Positions 41,301-52,644 of a stretch of DNA of 64,000 nucleotides are shown piece by piece. Within the stretch, counting starts at the first letter, position 1; the number at the start of each line of letters is the position of its first letter. The DNA is from Candidatus Eiseniibacteriota bacterium. GTDB taxonomy: Bacteria > Eisenbacteria > RBG-16-71-46 > SZUA-252. Made by a program: the position numbers and the translations under genes. Where the stretch lies: assembly GCA_963703225.1 (NCBI GenBank), contig OY969801.1:1760001-1824000 (forward strand), given 5' to 3'. The notes beneath the pieces were generated by a model that saw only the letters and a list, made by a program, of their open reading frames with translations, did no database searches and had not been told where the DNA came from.

Positions 41301-42580
41301 CGGGACGCCGGGATGAGAACCGAGCGGGCCCCCTCGACCGCGTCCCCCAAAGTGAGGGACGAAGGGGCGAAGAGCCGGTCGAAGATTCCCTGGGTGATGA
41401 GCGAGCTGTTGCCCGGCCAAGCGTCTCGCGTCGCGCCGACGTAGGCCAGCGTCCCGCCGTTCGGCGAGCGCACCATGCGCTCCGCGACGCAGTCGAAGTC
41501 GACGGCCGCGGAGGCGCAATCGGCGGCGATCCAGAGCGCGGTCGAGAATCCGGAGGGGATCGCGGCGAGGTCGGATGCCGTGATGATCGCGTCCCCAAAT
41601 GAAAGCTGCGTCCGCGAGCCGTGCCCGTAATGGGCGACGACGTGGTATCCCTGGGCGAGCGCGGTCGTGGCGGCCGCCTTTGTAAACGGGAGCGAGCCGG
41701 GCCGCGGAACGTAGTTCTCGTAGAGCCTCTGCGTGGTGACGCATCCCGGGGTCCGCGTGCGAAGCGATTCGGCCGCCTGCGCGCCGTCCTCGTTGATCGG
41801 CTGCCCGGGCTGCCAATCGCTCGGAAAGAGGACCTCCGCCAGCATGAGATTTCGCCCGACGGCGGAGACCGAGGCCCCGGTGACGTAGGAGAGGGCCCGG
41901 TTGACCATGAGCGTCGCCTCGGCCCGCGTCGCCGCCGAGAGGCGTCCCACCGCGATGTCTGGAACCATGTCGAGGCTGTCGGCCACTTCCCCATAGATCC
42001 CGTTGCCATTTCGATCCCAGGTCCCGTCGAGGTCGGCGTAATAGACGTCGCTGGGGATGTCTTCGGAGAGGGGAAGGCTGACACGGGCCAGCCGCATCGG
42101 GATTGCCTCGTGGTCCCCGGCCAGGATGGCCCACCGGATCCCCCAGAGCTCGTAGGCGGAGCGGAGGAAACTCCGGATCGCCTGCGCGAGGTCGTTGGAG
42201 CGCGGATCAAGCGACCGGACGATGGAGAGCCCGCGCACGACGGTGGTTCGGCCGGTGCGCGTCTGATAGTCGGCGAGGCGCTGGTAAACGTCGACCAGCG
42301 AGTCGGGCGCGAGAATGACGCAATCGACCGGGGAGCCGGATGGAGATGGAAGCAGCGAGGGGGTGAACGGCGCGGCTTGGTTGGGGCTCGGGATCGCCCG
42401 CGGGGCCCGTGCCGGGAGCGCATCCGCCACGGTGGCGGAAGCGGCGCAACAGGCCAGCGCGAAGGCCGACGCGTGGGCCGACGTGAAAACCCTCGAAATT
42501 AGATTAGGCCGACGAGTCCAACTTGGGGCGTTCAATAGGATTACCGCGCTGGGGAGAGGCCGCCATCCGGCCGGCACCAC
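38363..42580 (-). CDS. C25 (gingipain/PorU-like) cysteine peptidase with Ig/FN3, FG-GAP repeats and FlgD/T9SS-like CTD
   Basis: SDVYYADLDG, PDIAVGRL, HYGHG (His), ADC (Cys); repeats ADLDGDDRPE, GDIDGDGQLE, ADLDGDGSLE; CTD QNRPNPFNP...WDGRDERGNPTASGVYIYR. Confidence 0.87.
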   Translation of the reverse strand: MVPAGWRPLPSAVILLNAPSWTRRPNLISRVFTSAHASAFALACCAASATVADALPARAPRAIPSPNQAAPFTPSLLPSPSGSPVDCVILAPDSLVDVYQRLADYQTRTGRTTVVRGLSIVRSLDPRSNDLAQAIRSFLRSAYELWGIRWAILAGDHEAIPMRLARVSLPLSEDIPSDVYYADLDGTWDRNGNGIYGEVADSLDMVPDIAVGRLSAATRAEATLMVNRALSYVTGASVSAVGRNLMLAEVLFPSDWQPGQPINEDGAQAAESLRTRTPGCVTTQRLYENYVPRPGSLPFTKAAATTALAQGYHVVAHYGHGSRTQLSFGDAIITASDLAAIPSGFSTALWIAADCASAAVDFDCVAERMVRSPNGGTLAYVGATRDAWPGNSSLITQGIFDRLFAPSSLTLGDAVEGARSVLIPASRSESLARWAYFETVLLGVPSMNIWKCAPVSLTVTRPATVPVGAGGFAVSVLRGGAPVESALVVAWKAGEEYRAVRTNALGQAVVPFHPGSTGPFSFAVTADGAAPYLDSLTVTAAAPAVYALLNGSVRDDLGGDADGIVGAGETFGIGGSVRNIGGSAGSGPLTLTLQALTSGVAVDAGSAGLGTLGAGAQAAIPTTLGAHALASPNAARTEKLRIIFSDGVRADSAEVALAVGAAVPLLAGNVFSDAAPGNGNGVLDPGETASLAYTVGNDGGARARNLAAQVLNPAPGVTLLDTNAAAGDVAAGGTGSIPALRFQVAAVPSGRLFDLRLSDAYGHSWTFPIDRSIPASPAPPRVESSGIDRVTIAWDPVVAADLAGYRVYRAPNDASVPQSVTPIPIRRIPTFEDGGLSLLTSYRYQVSCVDSSGNEGARSSILLASTVPPSLLGWPATLGQSTSSSVCLADLDGDDRPEVLVGSDYLYVFRPDGTDWHDGDQSTVTTGIFTTLLHNIASSPAAADLDFDGTPEIIAASWNDSTLAVFKSNGDLMPGWPRKGAAPFWSVPAVGDIDGDGQLEICIGSNTNRLYAWNADGSEVRDGDSNPATNGVYFVPNGTVISSPAIADLNQDGAREIVFGTSAATVYALRNGVPLPGWPFSATGLMSSSPAIGDVIPGGGLEIAIACGNDSVYVLTSSGSRSPGWPRPLELTPGNGRVNSPVLAPLLRHLGDPSLCVIICGADGTLRAFGPSGNTLAGWSAVHLGAATEATPVVADLDGDGSLEVLIGAEDRRLYAFHADGNPVSGFPIETGAEVRGSPAVWDLDQDGATDIVVAGWDRQLRAWRYPGAFNPVGMAWPMFHHDNWHTGLSTFPILTAVDPTPIDPAPSTPPARAWIDQNRPNPFNPATVIGYAVPGTEPMDVRLRVYAVGGRLVRTLVSSRVQPGYHEARWDGRDERGNPTASGVYIYRAEIGAAAFTRKMTLLR

Positions 42581-42586
42581 TGATTA

Positions 42587-42615
42587 ATGATAGCGGATCG
42601 GGGCCCCGAATTCAA
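42587..42615 (-). promoter_or_regulatory. Putative promoter, probably leaderless transcript of the C25 gene
   Basis: TTGAAT-17 bp-TATCAT, 6 nt before GTG 42580. Confidence 0.65.
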
Positions 42616-44234
42616 TCCCCGCCGACCGCCAGCCGCGGGCGAAGGCGGTCGTAAATATCCCACCGAATCGAATAGAGGGAGTAGACGTACGTCGAGGGTC
42701 TGGTGATTCCCAGGTCGGGGATCGAGCGGGCCATGATGAAGCTGTAGGGATTGGACGGATCTTCGGAGCCGGCAAGACGGTTCACGGTCTGGGCGCGATC
42801 CAAGAGGTACCCGGGCCGCCCCACCTTCTCGAAGAGAAGCTGCTGCACGACCGAATCGTAGCCTGCACGCACCACGATCGGCGCCATCGCGGGCGTCACG
42901 AGCCCGAACAGGTCCAGCACCGGCCGGTCCGAGTAGAAGCCAAAGGCGCCGATGTCGGGCATGGCGAACAGGGTGCCGGGCGGGGTGTTCGCGCGTGCCC
43001 AAAGCCCGAACGCGGCGAGCGAAGATCGTAATCCGGCCGTATGGCGACGCGCGTGCGGGGCGCTGTACCGCAGCGTAAGGGTCGCGTTGCCCGTGGCGTA
43101 AAGGACAAGAAGCGAGAGAAGTGCCGCCATTCCCCTCCGCGCCCCGAGGCTCCTCGTCGCCCACTGGAGGGATGCCACGCCGACCAAGAGAACCGAGGGC
43201 ACCGCGGGGACCAGGTAGCGCGAGACTACCTGCACGCCCCCGGCCGCAAGCCCCGCGGTCAAGACGACCGGCCACCCAAGGACGAGGAGCCAAAACGCGC
43301 GGCGCTCCCGGGGGAGCCCTTTCCAGATCGACGGTCCCGCCAGCGCCACGGTGACCACCAGGACGCCGAGCGGGAGCGCGTCGGCTGAAATGAAGATCCG
43401 GAGCGAGGCGCGGAGCGCCGACAGCATGAGCGGCGGGTCGAACGGCGCGCCCGCTTTGGCCGCGCTCGTATTTGGAAACAGCTGGTGAAACCAAGCCCAG
43501 GCAGCCAGGAGCCAGGGCCCTGCTCCAAGGATCGCGCCCCCGAGGGCCGCGAGGACACGCTTTCCTCGATTGGACCCCGATCCATACGCGATGGCGCCGG
43601 TCGCCAGGATCAGGAGGAGCCAGCACTCCGGACGCGCGAGTGTGGCCAGCCCGAGGAGAAATCCCGCCAGGAAGGTCCCCTTCCGCTCGGTCAGGGAGCG
43701 TGCGACGGCACCGAGTGCCAGCGTGACCAAGAGCGTGGCGAGCGGCGTCTCCATGCCCGAAAGCGCCCATCGCGCGGACCAAGCGTGCGCCGCCAGGAGC
43801 GCGGCCGCGCCCAGCGCGAACGCGGGCCGCCAGCCAAGCGTCCGGCCGAGCCTCGCGACAAATATCACGGAGAACACGAGGCAGACGGTGCCCCACGCCT
43901 TCGCGATCACGGCGAGCGGCGGCATGACGGCAGCATCTGCGGGCGTATCGCCCGAGCCTGGTGTCGCGCGGCCCGCCGCCGTCAGGAGGAAGAGCCACCC
44001 CGGGCTCGTGTCGCCGTAGGTCGAGTTCCCGGGCACGAACGAAAATCCATGGCCCGAGACCAAATTCTTGGCGAATTGGAGATGGATGAACGTGTCGTCG
44101 GTCAGGTAGCCGAGAAACGGAGCGACATGCAGCAGAGCGAGGAAGACGACAAGCAAGAGCGCGAGGCGGTGGTGGGCGCGCCAGCTCCCGATCGACTCGG
44201 TTGGAGCCGCTGCTCCCGGCGGGGGATCGCTCAC
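42612..44234 (-). CDS. Polytopic GT-C-like membrane glycosyltransferase (putative)
   Basis: TDDTFIHLQFAKN, GDTSPGW, SGMET, LARPE, RYLVP, DIGAFGF; many TM helices. Confidence 0.75.
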   Translation of the reverse strand: MSDPPPGAAAPTESIGSWRAHHRLALLLVVFLALLHVAPFLGYLTDDTFIHLQFAKNLVSGHGFSFVPGNSTYGDTSPGWLFLLTAAGRATPGSGDTPADAAVMPPLAVIAKAWGTVCLVFSVIFVARLGRTLGWRPAFALGAAALLAAHAWSARWALSGMETPLATLLVTLALGAVARSLTERKGTFLAGFLLGLATLARPECWLLLILATGAIAYGSGSNRGKRVLAALGGAILGAGPWLLAAWAWFHQLFPNTSAAKAGAPFDPPLMLSALRASLRIFISADALPLGVLVVTVALAGPSIWKGLPRERRAFWLLVLGWPVVLTAGLAAGGVQVVSRYLVPAVPSVLLVGVASLQWATRSLGARRGMAALLSLLVLYATGNATLTLRYSAPHARRHTAGLRSSLAAFGLWARANTPPGTLFAMPDIGAFGFYSDRPVLDLFGLVTPAMAPIVVRAGYDSVVQQLLFEKVGRPGYLLDRAQTVNRLAGSEDPSNPYSFIMARSIPDLGITRPSTYVYSLYSIRWDIYDRLRPRLAVGGD

Positions 44235-44241
44235 GCAGGGC

Positions 44242-46275
44242 TCACGCCGTCTTGAGCCAGAGCGCCACCCGCGCGGCCACGGCGGGGGCGGTGAATCCCA
44301 GCTTCTCGGCGAGCACCTCGGCCGGCGCGGAAGCTCCAAAGCGGTTCAACCCGATCCGGAGCGCGCCGCTGCCGACGAGCGCGCACCACGGGTCGGTTTG
44401 CGCCGCCTCGATCAGCACGACGCGGACACCGGGGGGTAGTACCTCGCGCCGGTACGATTCCGACTGGGCTTGAAAGCGTTCGACGCACGGCATCGAGACC
44501 ACGCGCGCCGGAATCCCTCGCTCGGCCAATATCGAGGCTGCCTCCTGCGCGAGCGGGACCTCGGATCCGGTCGCGACAAGCACCGCATGCGCCTTCGTCC
44601 CCATCGCCTCGTGGAGCACGTAGCCGCCCTTCCGAATGTTGGCTGCCTCGAGTGGTCCGGCTCGGCGAAGCGGCTTCAGCTTCTGCCGGGTGAGGACGAG
44701 GGCCGTCGGGCCCGCCTCGCGCCGCAACGCCGAGGCCCACGCCGCCGCGGTCTCGGGCCCATCGGCGGGCCGCCACACCTCGAGGTTCGGAATCAGCCGA
44801 AGCGACGGGAGCTGCTCGATCGGCTGATGGGTGGGACCATCTTCCCCCAGAAAAATGCTGTCGTGCGTGAAAACGAACGTGGCGCGGAGCCCCGTGAGCG
44901 CCGCGAGACGGATCGCCGGCCGCATGTAGTCGGAGAAGATCAGGAACGTCGCGCCGTAGGGAAGGAACGCGCCGTGGAGCGCGAGGCCGTTCACGATCGC
45001 TCCCATCGCGTGCTCTCGGACGCCAAAGTGAAGCGTCCGGCCGGCGAAGGATATCGGCGCCCCCGAATCGAGACCGGCCGGGGCGACGCTTCCACCGGCG
45101 ACGATATCGGTCGCGGTGGAAGGGCCGAGGTCGGCCGAGCCCCCCACCAGGCCGGGTACCGCCTCCGCCGCGGCCTGAATCACTCTCCCCGACCACGTCC
45201 GCGTGGCCAGCTCCGTTCCGGGATCGACCGCGGCGTTCAGACGTGCCTCGAGATCGCCGGGCAGGCGGCGGCTCCAGAACTCGTCCCACCGCGACGCCTC
45301 CTCGGGAGCTTCCGAACGCGCGGCGGCAAACCGATGGTCCCACGCGGCGCGCTCGCGTCGCTTCTCGTCGGCCCGCTTCGAGAAATACCCGCGTGCTTCG
45401 TCCGGAATGTGAAACGGGGGCTCGGGCGGCCATCCCGCCGCGGCTTTGGCGCGCGCGAGCTCCTCGGGGCCCAGGGGCTCACCGTGCGCCTTCGCGCTCC
45501 CCTCTTTGGTTGGGGCGCCCTTTCCGATCGTCGTCCTGGCGAGAATGAGCGAGGGACGGTTCGACTCGGCGATGGCGGACTGGAGGGCCCGCTCCACCTG
45601 GACTCGGTCATGGCCGTTGATCCGCTGGGTGTGCCATCCGTAGGCCTGGAAGCGGCGCTCCACGTCCTCGCCCCACGCGAGCGCGGTCGGCCCCTCGATG
45701 GAAACGAGATTGTCGTCGTAGAGATAGATGATCTCCCCCAGGCCCCAGTGGCCCGCGAGGGAGGCCGCCTCCGACGCCACCCCTTCCATCAGATCGCCGT
45801 CGCTCACGATGCCGAACACCCTTCCCTCGAGCAGCTGGCCCAACCGCGGGAAGCGCGCCCGCGCCATCCGCTGGCCAAGCGCCATGCCCACGCCGTTTCC
45901 AAACCCTTGCCCCAGCGGCCCGGTGGTGGCTTCGACGCCAGGCGTCTCCCCCCGCTCCGGATGTCCCGGCGTCCTGGAGCCCCACTGCCGGAAGCTCCGG
46001 ATCTCCTCGAGGGAGAGATCGAACCCGAACAGATGGAGCAGCGAGTAGAGGAGCATTGACGCGTGGCCGGCGGAGAGGACGAAGCGATCGCGGTTGACCC
46101 ACGCCGGATCGCCGGGGTCGAAGCGGAGAAATGTCGACCACAGCACGAACGCCATGTCGGCCGCGCCCATCGGCGCGCCCGGGTGGCCCGACTTGGCCCG
46201 CTCGACAGCGTCGGCCGACAGGAACTTGATCGTCTGGACGCAGAGCTGCTCGAGGTCGGTCGAGATGGCCGGCAT
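44242..46275 (-). CDS. tkt: Transketolase
   Basis: [46 protein letters not shown]. Confidence 0.97.
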   Translation of the reverse strand: MPAISTDLEQLCVQTIKFLSADAVERAKSGHPGAPMGAADMAFVLWSTFLRFDPGDPAWVNRDRFVLSAGHASMLLYSLLHLFGFDLSLEEIRSFRQWGSRTPGHPERGETPGVEATTGPLGQGFGNGVGMALGQRMARARFPRLGQLLEGRVFGIVSDGDLMEGVASEAASLAGHWGLGEIIYLYDDNLVSIEGPTALAWGEDVERRFQAYGWHTQRINGHDRVQVERALQSAIAESNRPSLILARTTIGKGAPTKEGSAKAHGEPLGPEELARAKAAAGWPPEPPFHIPDEARGYFSKRADEKRRERAAWDHRFAAARSEAPEEASRWDEFWSRRLPGDLEARLNAAVDPGTELATRTWSGRVIQAAAEAVPGLVGGSADLGPSTATDIVAGGSVAPAGLDSGAPISFAGRTLHFGVREHAMGAIVNGLALHGAFLPYGATFLIFSDYMRPAIRLAALTGLRATFVFTHDSIFLGEDGPTHQPIEQLPSLRLIPNLEVWRPADGPETAAAWASALRREAGPTALVLTRQKLKPLRRAGPLEAANIRKGGYVLHEAMGTKAHAVLVATGSEVPLAQEAASILAERGIPARVVSMPCVERFQAQSESYRREVLPPGVRVVLIEAAQTDPWCALVGSGALRIGLNRFGASAPAEVLAEKLGFTAPAVAARVALWLKTA

Positions 46276-46380
46276 GGCTCCTTTGTGTGGACGGTCGAGC
46301 GAGGACCAGGAGACGGAACGCGCTCCACGGTGTATCATATTCCGATTCTCAAATCACCCCATGGACTCGGGAGATCGTGA

Positions 46381-47858
46381 ATGCCCTCGGGACGACCCCC
46401 TCTTTTCTCCGGCCGCTTCATCGTCGCATTGTTCTTCGCTTCCCTCCTTCCTCTGTCCGGGTGCGCCACCAATCCGGCCACGGGGAAGAAGCAGATCTCG
46501 TTCGTCTCCCGCAACAAGGAGCTGGAGATGGGTCGTCAGTCCGACCCGGCGATCATCGCCGAGTACGGGCTCTACGGCGACTCCACTGTCGCGAAGTACG
46601 TCCAGTCGGTCGGCCTCAGGGTCGCAAAGGCATCCGATCTACCCGACCTGGATTGGCACTTCCGCCTCCTCGATTCGCCGGTGGTCAACGCCTTCGCGCA
46701 TCCCGGGTGGTTACATCTACATCACGCGCGGGATCCTCGCCTACATGAACTCGGAGGCGCAGCTCGCCGGCGTATTAGGCCACGAAATCGGCCACGTCAC
46801 CGCGCGGCACACCGCCCAGCAGATGACCCAGCAGCAGATCGCGCAGGTCGGCCTCATCGCGGGCACGGTCTTCGTCGAGCAATTCCGCCCCTACAGCGCC
46901 GTCGCCGCGCAGGGATTGGGAATGCTGTTCCTGAAATACAGCCGCGACCACGAGACCCAGGCGGACGAGCTGGGCATCAAGTACTCGCTGCGGGCCGGCT
47001 ACGACCCCCGGGAGATTCCCGCCACCTACGCGACGCTCAAGCGGATCGGAGAACGGCAGGGGCAGTCGATCCCGAGCTTTCTCTCGACGCACCCCGATCC
47101 CGGCGACCGGGAAATCCGCACCCGTCAGCTCGCGCTCGCCTCGGTCTCCTCGACGCGGGGCGACCTGCTCATCCGCGCGGCGGAATACCGACAGCAGATC
47201 GAGGGACTCGTCTTCGGCGACGATCCGCCGCGCCGGCTACTTCGAGGCGAACCGCTTCTACCATCCGGGGCTGGCGTTTCAGATCATCCTCCCAAGCGGG
47301 TGGACCTATCAGAACATGCCGTCGGCGCTCCTCGCGGCCAGCGAGGAGCTGGGCGCGTCGATGCAGATCACCTTGGGGTCGACCCGCGACTCCACGGTGA
47401 CCCCCGCCGAGTACGTCGATTCGCTCACGGCGCACCATACGATCACCGGGGCGACCGGACGCTCGGAGCAATTCCGCGACTTCCCGGCCTGGATCGGAAC
47501 CGTCACGCTCCAATCGGAGGAAGGCGAGGGGATCATGGCCGCCGGATTCGTTCGGATCCATCCGGGGCAATTTCTGGAGATCTTGGGCCAGTCCAAGGGA
47601 ACGGTGGGGATCGATCAGGTCTACCAATCGATCCGGAGCATCGCAGCGCTACGCGATCCCGCCAAATTGAAGGTGGGCGCCGACGTCCTCACGATCGCTC
47701 CGGCCAAGCGGACCGCGGAGTTCTCGGCCATCTGGACCGATTTCGGCAGTCTCGCGATCGGCGTGGAAGACGGGGCGATCCTGAACAGCACGCGCGGGAC
47801 GGCACAGATCCAGAGCGGAACCCCGCTGAAGATCGTGAAGAAGGGCATGGGATTCTAG
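46381..47858 (+). CDS. M48 family metalloprotease lipoprotein (two apparent +1 frameshifts, near 46699 and 47228)
   Basis: Lipobox LSGC, ATNPATG, VNAFA; then PGGYIYITRG, GHEIGH, YSRDHETQAD, STHP; then GYFEANRFYHP to the stop at 47858. Confidence 0.88.
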
Positions 47859-48481
47859 AAACGAAGCGCGCCCCATCCCAGAGCAGCTCCCGCCGCCACG
47901 ACAGCGTCTTTCGGCAGTCGGCCGAGGATCACGGCCACCCAGAAGCGCTTCCACTCCATCCCGACGATGCCCGCCACAAAGCAGAGGGAGTCCGCGGGAG
48001 AGAAGGGAATGAGAAAGAGCGGGATGAGCGCCACCCAGCGCCTTCCCCCGATCAGCCGGTGCGCCTTCTCGAGCGGAGCCTCTCCGATGAGCCGCTTCGC
48101 GATCGACCGTCCCCCGCTCCGGCCAATCCAGTAGGCCCCCACCGAGCCGACGCAAGACCCTGCCATGGTGATGAGGGAGCCCCAAAACGGGCCGTAGAGC
48201 AGCCCGGCCAGGATCGGAACGAAGATTCCCGGAATCGGTGCGGCCAGAATCTGCCCAGCCTGGAGACCCAGGAGCACGATCGGCCCCCACGGACCGGCGC
48301 CGCGGACCAAGCTCTCGATGCGCTCGCGGGTGAAGTGCGGCGCCAGCGCGAACCCCGCCCAGGCGAGGGCGGCCACCACGAGAATGCCGAGCGCGATCCC
48401 GCCAAGAATCCGTCGTTTGGAAGGAGGCGTGCTGGGCGGCGTCGCACTGGGATCAGCCTCGGAGCGTTCACCAGGGTGCAT
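47855..48481 (-). CDS. TVP38/TMEM64 (VTT domain) membrane protein
   Basis: [26 protein letters not shown]. Confidence 0.85.
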   Translation of the reverse strand: MHPGERSEADPSATPPSTPPSKRRILGGIALGILVVAALAWAGFALAPHFTRERIESLVRGAGPWGPIVLLGLQAGQILAAPIPGIFVPILAGLLYGPFWGSLITMAGSCVGSVGAYWIGRSGGRSIAKRLIGEAPLEKAHRLIGGRRWVALIPLFLIPFSPADSLCFVAGIVGMEWKRFWVAVILGRLPKDAVVAAGAALGWGALRF

Positions 48482-48573
48482 GGGCGCGCACTCTACGGGA
48501 GCGGCCCGACTGTCGAAAGCCGGATTTTCGTCTGCGTTTCCACAAACGCGCCGTCTCGTCTATTCTCTGGGAG

Positions 48574-51340
48574 ATGAACGACCCCTTTGGCGCCCTCTCC
48601 ACCCTCTCGGTCGGGAGCGGCTCCTACCAGATCCACCGGCTTGGCGCGCTCGCGCGCCACGGCCTTCCGATCGAACGCCTCCCCTACTCGCTCAAGGTTC
48701 TTCTCGAAAATCTGCTCCGGACGACCGACGGACAATCGGTCCGTCGTGAGGATGTCGAGGCGGTCGCCCGGTGGAATCCGACCGCGGAGCCCGATCGGGA
48801 GATCTCGTTCACCCCGAGCCGCGTCCTCCTTCAGGACTTCACCGGCGTGCCGGCGGTCGTTGACCTCGCCGCGATGCGGGACGCGATGGCGACTCTTGGT
48901 GGAGACCCCTCCAAGATCAATCCGCTCCAGCCCGCGGAGCTGGTGATCGACCACTCGGTCCAGGTCGACGAGTACGGATCGAGCGCCGCGCTCTTGTTGA
49001 ACTCGAAGAAGGAATTCGAGCGAAACCGCGAGCGATACCTCTTCCTCCGCTGGGGGCAGCGCGCCTTCCGAAATTTCCGCGTCGTCCCGCCGGCCACCGG
49101 GATCGTCCACCAGGTGAACCTCGAGTTCCTCGCTCGCGTGGTCTTCACCACCTCGGGCTCCCCCGCCCTCGCCTACCCCGACACCCTCATCGGGACCGAC
49201 TCCCACACCACGATGATCAATGGGCTCGGGGTGTTGGGCTGGGGGGTGGGAGGGATCGAGGCGGAGGCCGCGATGCTCGGCCAGCCGGTGTCGATGCTCC
49301 TGCCGCGGGTGGTCGGGTTCAAGCTGAGCGGATCGCTTCCGGAGGGCGCGACAGCGACCGACTTGGTTCTGACCGTCACCGAGATGCTCCGCAAGAAGGG
49401 CGTGGTCGGCTCGTTTGTCGAATTTTACGGCCCGGGGCTCGCCGCGCTCCCGGTGGCCGACCGCGCGACCATCGCCAACATGGCGCCCGAATACGGCGCC
49501 ACCTGCGGCATGTTCCCGATCGATTCCGAGACGCTTCGCTACCTCGCCTTCACGGGACGCTCGCAGAATCACGTGCGGCTGGTCGAGGCGTACGCCAGGG
49601 AGCAGGGTCTGTTCCACGGACCCGATTCCCCCGAATCGGAATACTCGGACCATCTCTCGCTCGACCTGGGGCGGGTGGAGCCAAGCCTGGCCGGTCCGCG
49701 CAGACCGCAAGATCGGGTCCCGCTCCGCGACGTGAAGCGCAATTTCGCCGCCGCGCTCCCCACGTTGAAGGTCGCTCGCAAGACGGGGACGGCGCCGGAC
49801 GGCGTCGGCCGGTGGGAAGGTGAGGGCGGAGACGGAAATGTCGCGACGATGGCGCCCGCGTCCAAGGTCACCATGGCCGGGGAGACCTTCCCGCTCTCCG
49901 ACGGGGCCGTGGTCATCGCGGCGATCACCAGCTGCACGAACACGTCGAATCCATCCGTCATGGTCGGCGCGGGGCTCTTGGCCAAGCGCGCGATCGAGCG
50001 GGGCCTCAAGACCAAGCCGTGGGTCAAGACGAGCCTCGCGCCGGGCTCCAAGGTCGTCACCGAATACTTGGGCAAGGCGGGGCTCACGCCATTCCTGGAA
50101 CAGCTCGGTTTCTATACGGTGGGGTACGGCTGCACGACCTGCATCGGGAACAGCGGTCCCCTCCCCGAACCGATCTCCCGCGCGGTGGAGGCGAACAGCC
50201 TGGTGGTGGCGGCCGTGCTGAGCGGAAACAGAAACTTCGAGGGGCGGATCCATCCGGAGGTGCGGGCGAACTACCTCGCCTCGCCCCCTCTGGTCGTCGC
50301 CTACGCGCTCGCCGGGCGCGTCGACATCGACCTCAACTCGGAGCCGATTGGGAATGATCCGAAGGGGGCTCCGGTCTTCCTTCGCGACCTTTGGCCATCC
50401 CAACGAGAGATCCACGACACGATCGGTTCCGCCGTTCAATCGGAGACGTTTCAGAGGACCTACAAGGATGTCTACACCGGCGACGAGACATGGCGGACGC
50501 TGCCCATCCCGGAGGGGGACCGCTACGCCTGGGAGCCAAAATCAACCTACGTCAAGCTCCCGCCCTATTTCGAGGGCATGCCGCTCCAGCCCGCTCCGCT
50601 CACCGACGTCTTGGGGGCGCGGATCCTGGCGTTCCTCGGTGACAGCGTCACCACCGACCATATCTCTCCGGCCGGCTCGATCAAGCGGGGGAGCCCCGCC
50701 GGACGCTACCTGGAAGAGCACGGTGTCCCGCCGCTCGAATTCAACTCGTACGGCTCGCGGCGAGGAAACCACGAGGTCATGGTCCGCGGCACGTTCGCGA
50801 ACGTGCGGATACGGAACCGGCTCGTGCCCGAGGTCGAGGGCGGGTTCACGGCCCACCTCCCGAGCGGCGAGCAGATGACGATCTACGACGCCGCCAGGCG
50901 CTATGCCTCCGAGGGGGTCCCCACGATCGTCCTCGCGGGCAAGGAATACGGATCCGGCTCCTCCCGCGATTGGGCGGCGAAGGGTCCCAAGCTCCTCGGA
51001 GTCCGCGCGGTGATCGCCCAGAGCTACGAGCGAATCCACCGGAGCAATCTCATCGGGATGGGAATCCTGCCGCTCCAATTCTCCGCCGGCGAGGGCGCCG
51101 AATCGCTCGGGCTGACAGGACGGGAGCGGTACGACGTCGCCGGACATCTCGGATCTTCTCCAACGAGGGATCTCACGCGGCTCCACGATCGAGGTGCGCA
51201 TCGGCGACGATGCCTCGGCGGCGCCCCGCACCATTCAGGTCCTGGTGCGGATCGACACACCGCAAGAAGCCCGCTACTACGAGCATGGGGGGATTCTCCC
51301 CTACGTGCTCCGCAAGCTCCTCGGCGCGGCCGGGCGTTGA
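48574..51340 (+). CDS. acnA: Aconitate hydratase A (apparent +1 frameshift near 51144)
   Basis: [50 protein letters not shown]; the true C-terminus [20 protein letters not shown] ends at TGA 51340 in a shifted frame. Confidence 0.95.
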
Positions 51341-51393
51341 GCGACCGCGACACGGATTTCGCGGCTCACGTCCCGGTGTTTTCGGGTCGTTAG

Positions 51394-52644
51394 ATGCAAT
51401 TCGATTCCTCGGTAGTCCTCCGTATCGTGGTCGCGGCCATCTGCGGCGCGGCGGTCGGCGTGGAGCGGCAATGGTCGGGCCACGCGACGGGCCCCACCGC
51501 GCGACTCGGCGGCGTGCGCACCTTCACGCTCCTCGGCGCGCTGGCCGGACTCGCCGGATGGACCTGGACGCTCGGCGCGACCGCGCTCGCCGTCGTCCTC
51601 TTGGCCGGCGGCGTGGCGCTGGTGGTCGCCGCCTATCTCGCGGTGAGCCACCGCGACGTCGACGCGACCACCGAGGTGGCGGCCCTGGTCACGCTCTCCG
51701 CCGGCACCCTCGCGGGGCTCGGCTTCCTCGCGCTTGCGAGCGGCGTGATCGCGGTGACCTCACTCCTTCTCGTCGAGAAGTCGCGGCTCCACTCGGCGGT
51801 CTCCCGCCTCGACGACGCGGAGATCCGCGCGGGAGCCCGCTTCGCGGTCATGGCGGTCGTGATCCTTCCGCTCTTGCCCCAGGGCCCTTACGGTCCCTGG
51901 GGCTTGTTTCGCCCACGCGAGCTCTGGCTTCTGGTCCTGCTCTTTTCGGGGATCAGCTTCGCCGGGTTTATCGCGCGGCGCGCGGCCGGCGTGCGGCATG
52001 GGTACCTCTTGGCGGGACTCCTCGGCGGGCTCATCTCCTCCACCAGCGTTACCTTCGCCTTCTCTCGGGCCAGCGCGCATCGGCCGGAGGTGGCACGGCC
52101 TCTGGCGTTCGGCATTCTCGCCGCGTGCACGATGATGTTCCTGCGCATCCTCGTGGCTACCGCGGTCTTGAATCAAGCGCTCATGACCGCGCTGCTCCCC
52201 TATGCCGCGGCGCCGTTTCTGATCGGCCTTGGCATCACCGTCGCGGGTTGGCGGCGGCCCCAACCGGGAACCGACCACGTCGCCGAGCCCGACAATCCGC
52301 TCGAGCTCCGCGCGGCCCTTCAGATGGCGGTGCTCTTTCAGGTCGTCCTGGTGGGGGTGCATGTGGCGAAGATTCAGTGGGGGAACTTGGGCCTCGTCGT
52401 TTCGGGCGCGATCCTCGGCCTCACCGATATGGACGCATTGACGATCTCGATGGCCAAGAGCGCCTCCGAGCCCGCGGTGGCGGCGGCGGCGGCGCAGGCG
52501 ATCGCCATCGGCATTCTCTCGAACACGGTGTTCAAGGTGGGTGTCGCGTCGCTGCTGGGCCGCGGAGCGGTCCGGGTGCTCGTGCCCGCGGGGCTCGCGC
52601 TCATGGCCGTCGCCTTGGGAATCTCGATCTACTTGCTCTTGTAG
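51394..52644 (+). CDS. MgtC/SapB family membrane protein with DUF4010-like domain
   Basis: GVERQ, GVRTF, TTEVA, GGLISST, GLTDMDA. Confidence 0.87.
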   Translation: MQFDSSVVLRIVVAAICGAAVGVERQWSGHATGPTARLGGVRTFTLLGALAGLAGWTWTLGATALAVVLLAGGVALVVAAYLAVSHRDVDATTEVAALVTLSAGTLAGLGFLALASGVIAVTSLLLVEKSRLHSAVSRLDDAEIRAGARFAVMAVVILPLLPQGPYGPWGLFRPRELWLLVLLFSGISFAGFIARRAAGVRHGYLLAGLLGGLISSTSVTFAFSRASAHRPEVARPLAFGILAACTMMFLRILVATAVLNQALMTALLPYAAAPFLIGLGITVAGWRRPQPGTDHVAEPDNPLELRAALQMAVLFQVVLVGVHVAKIQWGNLGLVVSGAILGLTDMDALTISMAKSASEPAVAAAAAQAIAIGILSNTVFKVGVASLLGRGAVRVLVPAGLALMAVALGISIYLLL

